In this document: positions 1 through 12,600 of the stretch, piece by piece
How the letters are laid out: each line of letters starts with the position of its first letter
Numbering within the stretch: position 1 is the first letter of the stretch
NCBI GenBank assembly: GCA_977017645.1
Contig: OZ360230.1
Coordinates: 32,798,001 to 32,862,000 of the forward strand
Length of the DNA: 64,000 nucleotides
Origin: Torpedo marmorata
Taxonomy: Eukaryota
Direction: 5' to 3'
Translations under genes and position numbers: made by a program
The notes under the pieces: generated by a model
Told to the model about the DNA's origin: nothing
Seen by the model: only the letters and a program-made list of their open reading frames with translations
Databases searched by the model: none

Positions 1-511
1 AACTGTAAATTTGTCTTGTCGTGTCTCTACATAAACTAACGTAATGATTCAACAACAATACCTTTGCCATGTGTGTGACGAATTCAAATGTCAAAAGGGG
101 CTTCACAACAAGAACTAAACATCAGACTGCAGTGATTGGTGCCAAATACACAATCATTTACACGCTCTATTTTATATTTTCAAAATCCTTGCAGTCAGCT
201 GAAGTAATGTTGCCATTAAAATCTATTCAATGGTTTAGCAAGGACTGATGCACAAGTAAGTAACAGTGAAAAGTTCACAATTTTGCCCAACTATTCACTC
301 ATCACTTGCTGTGACATGGAACCTTCCTCACTTCGAAAATAATCAACAGTCACAAGGTATCCCTTGCAACATTGCTATTACACAAACTATTTGTCATAAG
401 AAAGGAAATAAAATTAATTCACTGTTACATCGTCTGTTTAAACCATGTATTAGAGCAGCTTGAACATACTCTGATGTATTTTAACTAAATGCAATGTGTA
501 TCAATTTAAAG

Positions 512-604
512 GAACACTATCTACAACGACAGAAGGAAGTACCTCGTCAGTGGAAAGTACAACTTTCAGCTCTTCAACAACAGAGCCAACATCAACGTCA
601 ACAG
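512..604 (+). CDS. PTS exon A, unit 1
   Basis: tttaaag|GAACA...ACAG|gtaaca; 93 nt, phase 1-1, open. Confidence 0.8.
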
Positions 605-3600
605 GTAACATCAATGGGCACCGAGGCTTTGTATGTTGGCAGGGATGAGTTACAAATTGTAAAAATATACCTCAAATCAAATATGTGCTTGGTGTATTGT
701 CCAAACTGCATGTCATCAGAAAGGTTAAACTGTTCAAGGTCATTCCCGTATGGAAATTCTGTGGTGTGAAATGTTCTGATCAATATAAATTATGTACATA
801 TTAATGCTCAGGGGGGCATAGGTTGCATCCCTACGTGATGAATTCCATGTTAAGTCGTATACTTCAGAGCAGTCACTTCAACAGGATGGAATGAATTGAG
901 GGATTAACGATAAACATTCATTGTACAAGTACGAGAAAATATTCCAATCAATCTTAAAAACTAGCAATCATCTGGATGATGACTCCTATTTGACAGGATG
1001 TCACACTTTATTTTCAATTATTGGTATCCATTTCTTCTTCTCAGTATCATTTCCCCTTCAAAAATGTAATGCTCTGTTGTATAATAAGCTGTTTCATTAC
1101 ATCCAGAGAGTCAACTTGACTTTAACATCAGCACGTTTTGTCTTCATTTTCAGTATCAGAACAAAGCACGATCACTCTGGCTCCTTCAACTACCTCTGCT
1201 ACAAGTAGTGAAACAACAGGTAGATTTATACATCAAAAGTATCAATACAATACATTGCAGATATGACAGTGGCTTTTAAGGGGCTGCCAGATAGACGCGT
1301 GAATATACGGGGAACAACGGGTTAAGTAACAATGAAAACACGAGAGAATTTGTAAATTTAGGCATCAGGTAAATTGCTGACATAATGAGACCTTGGGCCG
1401 ATTCCGGTGCAGTTCTGTTCTATTGTCCAGGTTCCCCACAGTCATGTATTCTCTCAATTCAATTGATGATTGGAGATGCTTGATAAATTTCTCTTCAGAT
1501 TTCTGAACTGCTGAAGAAAATCATTTTCACTTTATAGTTCCATGCAATGAATCAGTGAACTATTGCGTAGATATGGCATATTTGAGAAAAAAAAATTCTT
1601 AAAAATAACCATTGGTCTTGCAAGACGAGACCACGTGTGAATTTGCATTTTTTATGCCTCCACATTATAAAATCTAACTATTAAAATAAAAATGGCTTTG
1701 CCGTCACAGTAAAGCGTTCAAATAACTAAATTGCCCAGCTCACTCAAATAACCAAGCAGAATTTCAACCTAATCAAATGAATATTAAGCTGTAGTCACTG
1801 CTGTCATATATGCATTCACTTTCTGGCTGTAATATCCTTTTCAAACATTTTCTACTCTTTTTTTTTTTAAATAATTTTATTTAAATTTTAAAATCACAAA
1901 ATACATAAATCAAAAATACTATATCATTCCAAATACATGTGATATATTTCCCCCCCTCCCACCCTCCGCTCCCCAACCCCCCAGCACTATTCAAAAAAAA
2001 AAAAAAAAAAAAAAAATAGTTATAAAGAAAAAAAAAGAAAAGAATTGAATAATAAAGAATTAAAGTGAGGAGAAAACAAATTACAAGCTAATTCTATTTA
2101 TATATTGGAGGTTAGTTTTGCCAGCGGCACCAACTTCTAGAGAATGAATTTATACCCATAATTCTCATATATGGGCTCCAAATTTTCAAAAAGAAATGGT
2201 ATTTATTACGTAAATTATATGTAATTTTTTCCAATGGTATACAAGAACGTAATTCTGCATGTAATCTATCTAAATTCAAATCTAAATCTGATTTCCAAGT
2301 AATAGCAATACATTTTTTTGAAACCGCTAAAACAATTCGCAAAAATTCTTGAAACCGCTAAAACTATTCGCAAAAATTCTTGAAACCGCTAAAGCAATTC
2401 GCAAAATTTCAAACACATTCTACTCTTGTAAGATCCAGATAGTTTTGAAATCTAACAAATAATTCAATAATGGTTAACCAACAAATAAATATCTATGCCA
2501 AATCTACAACTTTTAACTTCAACTATTCGTTGATATTTCATGGAGGTTTCTTCAAGATAAATAAACATGCAGTTCCATGACATCAGTTGACAACTACGTT
2601 ATTGCATTCTGAAATACTTGGCATCAGAAAGGAAATGAAAGTAATTTGAATAGAGATCTGACTTCCAGGATCATTGAAACAATGTCTAGAACATAGAACG
2701 AGAACATAGAACAATTCAGCACAGTACAGGCCCTTCGGCCTTTGATGTTGTGCCGACCCACATAATCCTTCATAAAAAAAAAGTACTAAATCCTCGCTAA
2801 CCTATAACCATCTATTTCTCTTTCATCCATGTGTCTCTCTAAGTGTCTTTTAAATTTCCCCAATGTTTCAACATCCACCACCATCCCTGGCAATGCATTC
2901 CAGGCACCCACAACTCTCTGTGTAAAAAACCTACCCCTGATGTTTACCCTAAACTTTCCTCCATTAACTTTGTACATATGTCCTATGGTGTTTGCAGATC
3001 CTGCCCTGGGAAACAGGTGCTGGCTGTCCACCCTATCTATGCCTCTCATAATCTTGTAGATCTCCATTAAGTCTCCTCTCATCCTTCTGCACTCCAAAGA
3101 GAAAGGTCCCAGCTCTGCTAACCTTGCCTCAACAGACTTGTTTCCCAATCCAGCCAACATCCTGGTAAATTTCCGCTGCACCCTCTCCATAGCTTCCACA
3201 TATTTCCTATAATCAGGTGACCAGAACTGAACACAATACTTACAAAAGATTTGTGGAGTTGCAACATGACCTCTCTTCTACTGAATTCAATCCCCCTAAT
3301 AGTGAATCCCAGCATCACATATGCCTTTTTAAATATCCTGTCAACCTGTGTGGCGACCTTGAGGGATGTATGGATTTGTACCGCATGGTCCAAATGTTCA
3401 TCCACACTCTTAAATATCCAACCATTAACCCTGTATTCAGCATTCTGGTTTGTCCTTCCAAAATGCATCACCTCACACTTATCCGGATTGAAATCCATCT
3501 GCCACTTTTCTGCCCAACTCAGCATCCTTTCAAAATCCTCTTGTAAACTTCGACAACCTTCAGCTCCATCTACAACTCCTCCAACCTTCGTGTCATCTGC

Positions 3601-6600
3601 AAACTTACTGACCCATCCGTCCGCCTCTTCATCCAGGTCATTTATAAAAATCACAAAGAGCAGGGGTCCCAGAACAGATCTAATAGCAGCTTTCCATGCC
3701 TCTATGTATTTTAACAATCATTTTTCACATATTTCAAGGAACTACATCTGTGACAACAGAACCAAGCACCTCCACCGAGCAAATTACATCTTTGACAACT
3801 TCTACAACAGAGTCAACATCATTTGTCACAGGTAACCAATCATAACCTGCTACTCCAATTGTTGGCATGGAATACATTGTAAGAGTAAAAGTATTGTCTC
3901 GTTCACGTAATCTCTTGTGGAGCTATGCAAGGCGAGAGACCTGACTGTCATCAGAAAGGATCATCAAGTCAGGCTCATGCCCCGATGAAATGACAGTTGC
4001 ATCCAAGTTTTGATTGAAGGAAATTACTGGCAAAAATTAATCCTCAAGTGTCAGTTTGGAAAATCAGTGTTTAATAAATACATATTTCAACTTCAAAAAC
4101 CAAAAGTTGATTGAAATGATCATGCAGATTTCTTCGCGTTCACTTCAAACTGTTGCCATTTTTTGCTGAGGCAAAATGAGTAAGCTTTTGGTGCATATTA
4201 CTAAGAACAAATTTCAACCATTGCTCGAGGCTGACAGTTATCCACCTCATGTTGATCCTGACTCTAATTTGTCAGGATGCTACATATAATGTTCAATACT
4301 GGCTTAGATTTTATTTTCCTTAATTTCATGCTTGCCTCTGTAATTTAACTGCATTATCATATAATAAGAAATTTTATTGTATCCAGATAATTGTTGCCTT
4401 TAACATCCATGCATGCCTGAATTTATTTTCAGTCTCAGAAACAAGCACGGCCACCACTGCCCCTTCTACCACTCCAGGCACAAGCAGCGAGACAACAGGT
4501 AAATCATGCACCATATACGTATCCACCGTTCGGTCTTCTCTCCCAGTCAATATTTCCTCTTGATGCAAATTAAAAACAGTAGCGATGGCTGATGTTTAAA
4601 GCTTGAAAGATTCTTCATCATGGCTAAACACAGTTCCATTCTGTGATTCAATGAAAAATTTCACAGATTAAGCATATTTGCGACAGCAGATTTAAGAAAA
4701 ATAATCAGATGCCCAGCAAGATGAAAATCTAACTGTAAATTTGTCTTGTCGTGTCTCTACATAAACTAACGTAATGATTCAACAACAATACCTTTGCCAT
4801 GTGTGTGACGAATTCAAATGTCAAAAGGGGCTTCACAACAAGAACTAAACATCAGACTGCAGTGATTGGTGCCAAATACACAATCATTTACACGCTCTAT
4901 TTTTTATTTTCAAATTCCTTGCAGTCAGCTAAAGTAATGTTGCCATTAAAATCTATTCAATGGTTTATCAAGGACTGACGCACAAGTAGGTAACGGTGAA
5001 AAGTTCACAATTTTGCCCAACTATTCACTCATCACTTGCTGTGACATGGAACCTTCTTCACTTCGAAAATAATCAACAGTCACAAGGTATCCCTTGCTAC
5101 ATTGCTATTACACAAACTATTTGTCATAAGAAAGGAAATAAAATTAATTCACTGTTACATCGTCTGTTTAAACCATGTATTAGAGCAGCTTGAACATACT
5201 CTGATGTATTTTAACTAAATGTAATGTGTATCAATTTAAAGGAACTCTATCTACAACGACAGAAGGAAGTACCTCGTCAGTGGAAAGTACAACTTTCAGC
5301 TCTTCAACAACAGAGCCAACATCAACGTCAACAGGTAACATCAATGGGCACCGAGGCTTTGTATGTTGGCAGGGATGTGTTACAAATTGTAAAAATATAC
5401 CTCCAATCAAATATGTGCTTGGTGTATTGTCCAAGGCTGCATGTCATCAGAAAGGTTAAACTGTTCAACGTCATTCCCGTATGGAAATTCTGTGGTGTGA
5501 AATGTTCTGATCAATATAAATTATGTACATATTAATGCTCAGGGAGGCATAGGTTGCATCCCTGCGTGATGAATTCCATGTGAAGTCGTATACTTCAGAG
5601 CAGTCACTTCAACAGGATGGAATGAATTGAGGGATTAACGATAAACATTCATTGTACAAGTACGAGAAAATATTCCAATCAATCTTAAAAACTAGCAATC
5701 ATCTGAATGGTGACTCGTATTTGACAGGATGTCACACTTTATTTTCAATTATTGGTAACCATTTCTTTTCTCAGTTTCATTTCCCCTTCAAAAATGTAAG
5801 TGCTCTGTTGTATAATAAGCTGTTTCATTACATCCAGAGAGTCAACTTGACTTTAACATCAGCACGTTTTGTCTTCATTTTCAGTATCAGAACAAAGCAC
5901 GACCATCTTGGCTCCTTCAACCACCTCTGCTACAAGTAGTGAAACAACAGGTAGATTTATACATCAAAAGTATCAATACAATACATTGCAGATATGACAG
6001 TGGCTTTTTAGTGGCTTCCAGATAGAAGCGTGAATATACGGGGAAAAACGGGCTGAGTAACATTAAAAGCACGAGAAATTTTGGAAATGTTGGCATCAGG
6101 TAAATCTTTGACATAATGAGATCTTGGGCCGATTTCGGTGCAGTTCTGTTCTATTGTCCAGGTTCACCACAGTCATGTATTCTCTCAATTCAAGTGATGA
6201 TTGGAGATGCTTGATAAATTTCTCTTCAGATTTCTGAACTGCTGAAGAAAATCATGTTCACTTTATAGTTCCATGCACTGAATCTGTGAACTATTCCGTA
6301 GATATGGCATATTTGAGATTAAAAATACTTAAGAATAACCATTGGTCTTGCAAGACGAGAACACGTGTGAATTTGCATTTTTTATGCCTCCACATTATAA
6401 AATCTAACTATTAAAATAAAAATGGCTTTGCCGTCACTGTAAAGCGTTCAAATAACAAAATTGCCCAGCTCACTTAAATAACCAAGCAGAATTCAACCTA
6501 ATCAAATGAATATTAAGCTGTAGTCACTGCTGTCATATATGCATTCACTTTCTGGCTCTTACATCCTTTTCAAACACATTCAACTCATGTAAAATCCAGA

Positions 6601-9600
6601 TAATTTTGAAATCTAACAAATAATTCATCAATGGACAACCAAAAAATAAATATCGATGCCAATTCTACAACATTTACCTTTAACTATTCATTGATATTTC
6701 ATGGAGGTTCCCTTCAAGATAAACATGCAGTTCCATGACATCAGTTGCCAACTATGTTATTGCATTCTGAAATACTTAGCATCAGAAAGGAAATGAAAGT
6801 AATTTGAATAGAGATCTGACTTCCAGGATCGTTGAATCTAAGTCTAGAACAGAGAAGCTAGAACATGGAACAATTCAGCACAGTACAGGCCCTTCGGCCT
6901 TTGATGTTGTGTCGACCCACATGTTCCTTCCTAAAAAAAAGTACTAAACCATCCGTACCCTATAACCCTCTATTTCTCTTTCATCCATGTGTCTGTCCAA
7001 GTGTCTTTTAAATTCCCCCAATGTTTCAACATCCACCACCACCCCCGGCAATGCATTCCAGGCACTCACAACTCTCTGTGCAAACAACATACCCCTGATG
7101 TCTCCCCTAAACTTCACTCCATTAAATTTGTACATATGTCCTCTGGTGTTTGCAGATCCTGCCCTGGGAAACAGGTGCTGGCTGTCCACCCTATCTATGC
7201 CTCTCATAATCTTATAGACCTCCATCAAGTCTCCTTTCATCCTTCTGCACTCCAAAGAGAAAGGTCCCAGCTCTGCTAACCTTGCCTCAACAGACTTGTT
7301 TCCCAATCCAGCCAACATCTTGGTAAATTTCCGCTGCACCCTCTCCATAGCTTCCACATATTTCCTATAATCAGGTGACCAGAACTGAACACAATACTTA
7401 CAAAAGATTTGTGGAGTTGCAACATGACCTCTCTTCTCCTGAATTCAATCCCCCTAATAATGAATCCCAGCATCACATATGCCTTTTTAAATATCCTGTC
7501 AACCTGTGCGGCGACCTTGAGGGATGTATGGATTTGTACCGCATGGTCCAAATGTTCATCCACACTCTTAAATATCCAACCATTAACCCTGTATTCAGCA
7601 TTCTGGTTTGTCCTTCCAAAATGCATCACCTCACACTTATCCGGATTGAAATCCATCTGCCACTTTTCTGCCCAACTCAGCATCCTTTCAAAATCCTCTT
7701 GTAAACTTCGACAACCTTCAGCTCCATCTACAACTCCTCCAACCTTCGTGTCATCCGCAAACTTACTGACCCATCCTTCCCCCTCTTCATCCAGGTCATT
7801 TATAAAAATCACAAAGAGCAGGGGTCCCAGAACAGATCTAATAGCAGCTTTCCGTGCCTCTATGTATTTTAACAATCATTTTCACATATTTCAAGGAACA
7901 ACATCTGTGACAACAGAACCAAGCACCTCCACCGAGCAAATTACATCTTTGACAACTTCTACAACAGAGTCAACATCATTTGTCACAGGTAATTTCAATA
8001 ATAACCTGCTACTCCAAATATTGGCATGGAATACATTGTAAGAGTAAAAATATTGTCTCGTTCACGTAATCTCTTGTGGAGCTATGCAAGGCGAGAGACC
8101 TGACTGTCATCAGAAAGGATCATCGAGTCAGGCTCATGCCCCGATGAAATGACAGTTGCATCCAAGTTTTGATTGAAGGAAATTACTGGGAAATTAATCC
8201 TCAAGTGTTAGTTTGGAAAATCAGTGTTTAATAAGTACATATTTTCAACGTCAAAAACCAAAATTTGATTGAAATGATCATGCAGATTTCTTCGCGTTCA
8301 CTTCAAACTGTTGTCATTTTTTGCTGAGGCAAAATGGGTAAGCTTTTGGTGCATTTTACTAAGAAAAATTTTCAACCATTGCTCGAGGCTGACAGTTCTC
8401 AACATCATGTTGATCCTGACTCTAATTTGTCAGGATGCAACATATAATGTTCAATACTGGGTTAGAATTTATTTTCCTTAATTTCATGCTTGCCTCTGTA
8501 ATTTAACTGCATTATCGTATATTAAGAAATTTTATTGTATCCAGATAATTGTTGCCTTTAACATCAACGCCTGCCTGAATTTATTTTCAGTCTCAGAAAC
8601 AAGCACGGCCACCACTGCCCCTTCTACCACTCCAGGCACAAGCAGCGAGACAACAGGTACAATCATGCACCATATACGTATCGACCGTTCGGTCTTCTCT
8701 CCCAGTCAATATTTCCTCTTGATGCAAATTAAAAACAGTAGCGATGCCTGATGTTTAAAGCTGAAAAGATTCTTCATCATTGTTAAACATAGTTCCATTC
8801 TGTGATTCAATGAAAAATTGCAATGATAAAGCATATTTGCAACAGCAGATTTAAGAAAAATAATCAGATGCCCAGCAAGATGAAAATCTAACTGTAAATT
8901 TGTCTTGTCGTGTCTCTACATAAACAAACGTAATGATTCGACAACAATACCTTTGCCATGTCTGTGACGAATTCAAATGTCAAAAGGGGCTTCACATCAA
9001 GCACTAAACATCAGACTGCAGTGATTGGGGCCAGATACACAATCATTTACACACTCTATTTTTTATTTTCAAAATCCTTGCAGTCAGCTAAAGTAATGTT
9101 GCCATTAAAATCTATTCAATGGTTTATCAAGGACTGACGCACAAGTAGGTAACGGTGAAAAGTTCACAATTTTGCCCAACTATTCACTCATCACTTGCTG
9201 TGACATGGAACCTTCTTCACTTCGAAAATAATCAACAGTCACAAGGTATCCCTTGCAACATTGCTATTACACGAGCTATTTGTCCTAAGAAAGGAAATAA
9301 AATTAATTCACTGTTACATCGTCTGTTTAAACCATGTATTAGAGCAGCTTGAACATACTCTGATGTATTTTAACTAAATGTAATGTGTATCAATTTAAAG
9401 GAACTCTATCTACAACGACAGAAGGAAGTACCTCGTCAGTGGAAAGTACAACTTTCAGCTCTTCAACAACAGAGCCAACATCAACGTCAACAGGTAACAT
9501 CAATGGGCACCGAGGCTTTGTATGTTGGCAGGGATGTGTTACAAATTGTAAAAATATACCTCCAATCAAATATGTGCTTGGTGTATTGTCCAAGGCTGCA

Positions 9601-12600
9601 TGTCATCAGAAAGGTTAAACTGTTCAAGGTCATTCCCGTATGGAAATTCTGTGGTGTGAAATGTTCTGATCAATATAAATTATGTACATATTAATGCTCA
9701 GGGAGGCATAGGTTGCATCCCTGCGTGATGAATTGCATGTGAAGTCGTATACTTCAGAGCAGTCACTTCAACAGGATGGAATGAATTGAGGGATTAACGA
9801 TAAACATTCATTGTACAAGTACGAGAAAATATTCCAATCAATCTTAAAAACTAGCAATCATCTGAATGGTGACTCGTATTTGACAGGATGTCACACTTTA
9901 TTTTCAATTATTGGTAACCATTTCTTTTCTCAGTTTCATTTCCCCTTCAAAAATGTAAGTGCTCTGTTGTATAATAAGCTGTTTCATTACATCCAGAGAG
10001 TCAACTTGACTTTAACATCAGCACGTTTTGTCTTCATTTTCAGTATCAGAACAAAGCACGACCACCTTGGCTCCTTCAACCACCTCTGCTACAAGTAGTG
10101 AAACAACAGGTAGATTTATACATCAAAAGTATCAATACAATACATTGCAGATATGACAGTGGCTTTTTAGTGGCTTCCAGATAGAAGCGTGAATATACGG
10201 GGAAAAACGGGCTGAGTAACATTAAAAGCACGAGAAATTTTGGAAATGTTGGCATCAGGTAAATCTTTGACATAATGAGATCTTGGGCCGATTCCGGTGC
10301 AGTTCTGTTCTATTGTCCAGGTTCACCACAGTCATGTATTCTCTCAATTCAAGTGATGATTGGAGATGCTTGATAAATTTCTCTTCAGATTTCTGAACTG
10401 CTGAAGAAAATCATGTTCACTTTATAGTTCCATGCACTGAATCTGTGAACTATTCCGTAGATATGGCATATTTGAGATTAAAAATACTTAAGAATAACCA
10501 TTGGTCTTGCAAGACGAGAACACGTGTGAATTTGCATTTTTTATGCCTCCACATTATAAAATCTAACTATTAAAATAAAAATGGCTTTGCCGTCACTGTA
10601 AAGCATTCAAATAACAAAATTGCCCAGCTCACTTAAATAACCAAGCAGAATTCAACCTAATCAAATGAATATTAAGCTGTAGTCACTGCTGTCATATATG
10701 CATTCACTTTCTGGCTCTTACATCCTTTTCAAACACATTCAACTCATGTAAAATCCAGATAATTTTGAAATCTAACAAATAATTCATCAATGGACAACCA
10801 AAAAATAAATATCGATGCCAATTCTACAACATTTACCTTTAACTATTCATTGATATTTCATGGAGGTTCCCTTCAAGATAAACATGCAGTTCCATGACAT
10901 CAGTTGCCAACTATGTTATTGCATTCTGAAATACTTGGCATCAGAAAGGAAATGAAAGTAATTTGAATAGAGATCTGACTTCCAGGATCGTTGAATCTAA
11001 GTCTAGAACAGAGAAGCTAGAACATGGAACAATTCAGCACAGTACAGGCCCTTCGGCCTTTGATGTTGTGTCGACCCACATGTTCCTTCCTAAAAAAAAG
11101 TACTAAACCATCCGTACCCTATAACCCTCTATTTCTCTTTCATCCATGTGTCTGTCCAAGTGTCTTTTAAATTCCCCCAATGTTTCAACATCCACCACCA
11201 TCCCCGGCAATGCATTCCAGGCACTCACAACTCTCTGTGTAAAAAACCTACCCTGATGTCTCCCCTAAACGTCCCTCCATTAAATTTGTACATATGTCCT
11301 CTGGTGTTTGCAGATCCTGCCCTGGGAAACAGGTGCTGGCTGTCCACCCTATCTATGCCTCTCATAATCTTATAGACCTCCATCAAGTCTCCTTTCATCC
11401 TTCTGCACTCCAAAGAGAAAGGTCCCAGCTCTGCTAACCTTGCCTCAACAGACTTGTTTCCCAATCCAGCCAACATCTTGGTAAATTTCCGCTGCACCCT
11501 CTCCATAGCTTCCACATATTTCCTATAATCAGGTGACCAGAACTGAACACAATACTTACAAAAGATTTGTGGAGTTGCAACATGACCTCTCTTCTCCTGA
11601 ATTCAATCCCCCTAATAATGAATCCCAGCATCACATATGCCTTTTTAAATATCCTGTCAACCTGTGCGGCGACCTTGAGGGATGTATGGATTTGTACCGC
11701 ATGGTCCAAATGTTCATCCACACTCTTAAATATCCAACCATTAACCCTGTATTCAGCATTCTGGTTTGTCCTTCCAAAATGCATCACCTCACACTTATCC
11801 GGATTGAAATCCATCTGCCACTTTTCTGCCCAACTCAGCATCCTTTCAAAATCCTCTTGTAAACTTCGACAACCTTCAGCTCCATCTACAACTCCTCCAA
11901 CCTTCGTGTCATCCGCAAACTTACTGACCCATCCTTCCCCCTCTTCATCCAGGTCATTTATAAAAATCACAAAGAGCAGGGGTCCCAGAACAGATCTAAT
12001 AGCAGCTTTCCGTGCCTCTATGTATTTTAACAATCATTTTCACATATTTCAAGGAACAACATCTGTGACAACAGAACCAAGCACCTCCACCGAGCAAATT
12101 ACATCTTTGACAACTTCTACAACAGAGTCAACATCATTTGTCACAGGTAATTTCAATAATAACCTGCTACTCCAAATATTGGCATGGAATACATTGTAAG
12201 AGTAAAAATATTGTCTCGTTCACGTAATCTCTTGTGGAGCTATGCAAGGCGAGAGACCTGACTGTCATCAGAAAGGATCATCGAGTCAGGCTCATGCCCC
12301 GATGAAATGACAGTTGCATCCAAGTTTTGATTGAAGGAAATTACTGGGAAATTAATCCTCAAGTGTTAGTTTGGAAAATCAGTGTTTAATAAGTACATAT
12401 TTTCAACGTCAAAAACCAAAATTTGATTGAAATGATCATGCAGATTTCTTCGCGTTCACTTCAAACTGTTGTCATTTTTTGCTGAGGCAAAATGGGTAAG
12501 CTTTTGGTGCATTTTACTAAGAAAAATTTTCAACCATTGCTCGAGGCTGACAGTTCTCAACATCATGTTGATCCTGACTCTAATTTGTCAGGATGCAACA

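Noticed and set aside
266-463. Repeated short ORFs (MKSSQFCPT..., MCINLKE..., MYKYEK..., MSKIYLM...) in nearly every unit
   Set aside because: They recur only because the intron DNA is duplicated. Many use GTG or TTG starts, are broken in some copies and have no recognisable domain.
2318-2410. 31-bp direct repeats resembling a CRISPR array
   Set aside because: The repeats are contiguous with no spacers, derive from L1 ORF2 sequence, and sit in a vertebrate context.
7409-8041. Recurrent 175-210 aa plus-strand ORF (MWSCN...) that in several units reads into exon C in frame
   Set aside because: It is the antisense frame of the CR1 RT. The fusion frame is broken by a 1-nt T-run change in units 1, 5 and 13, and the Ser/Thr part is better explained by the splice sites.
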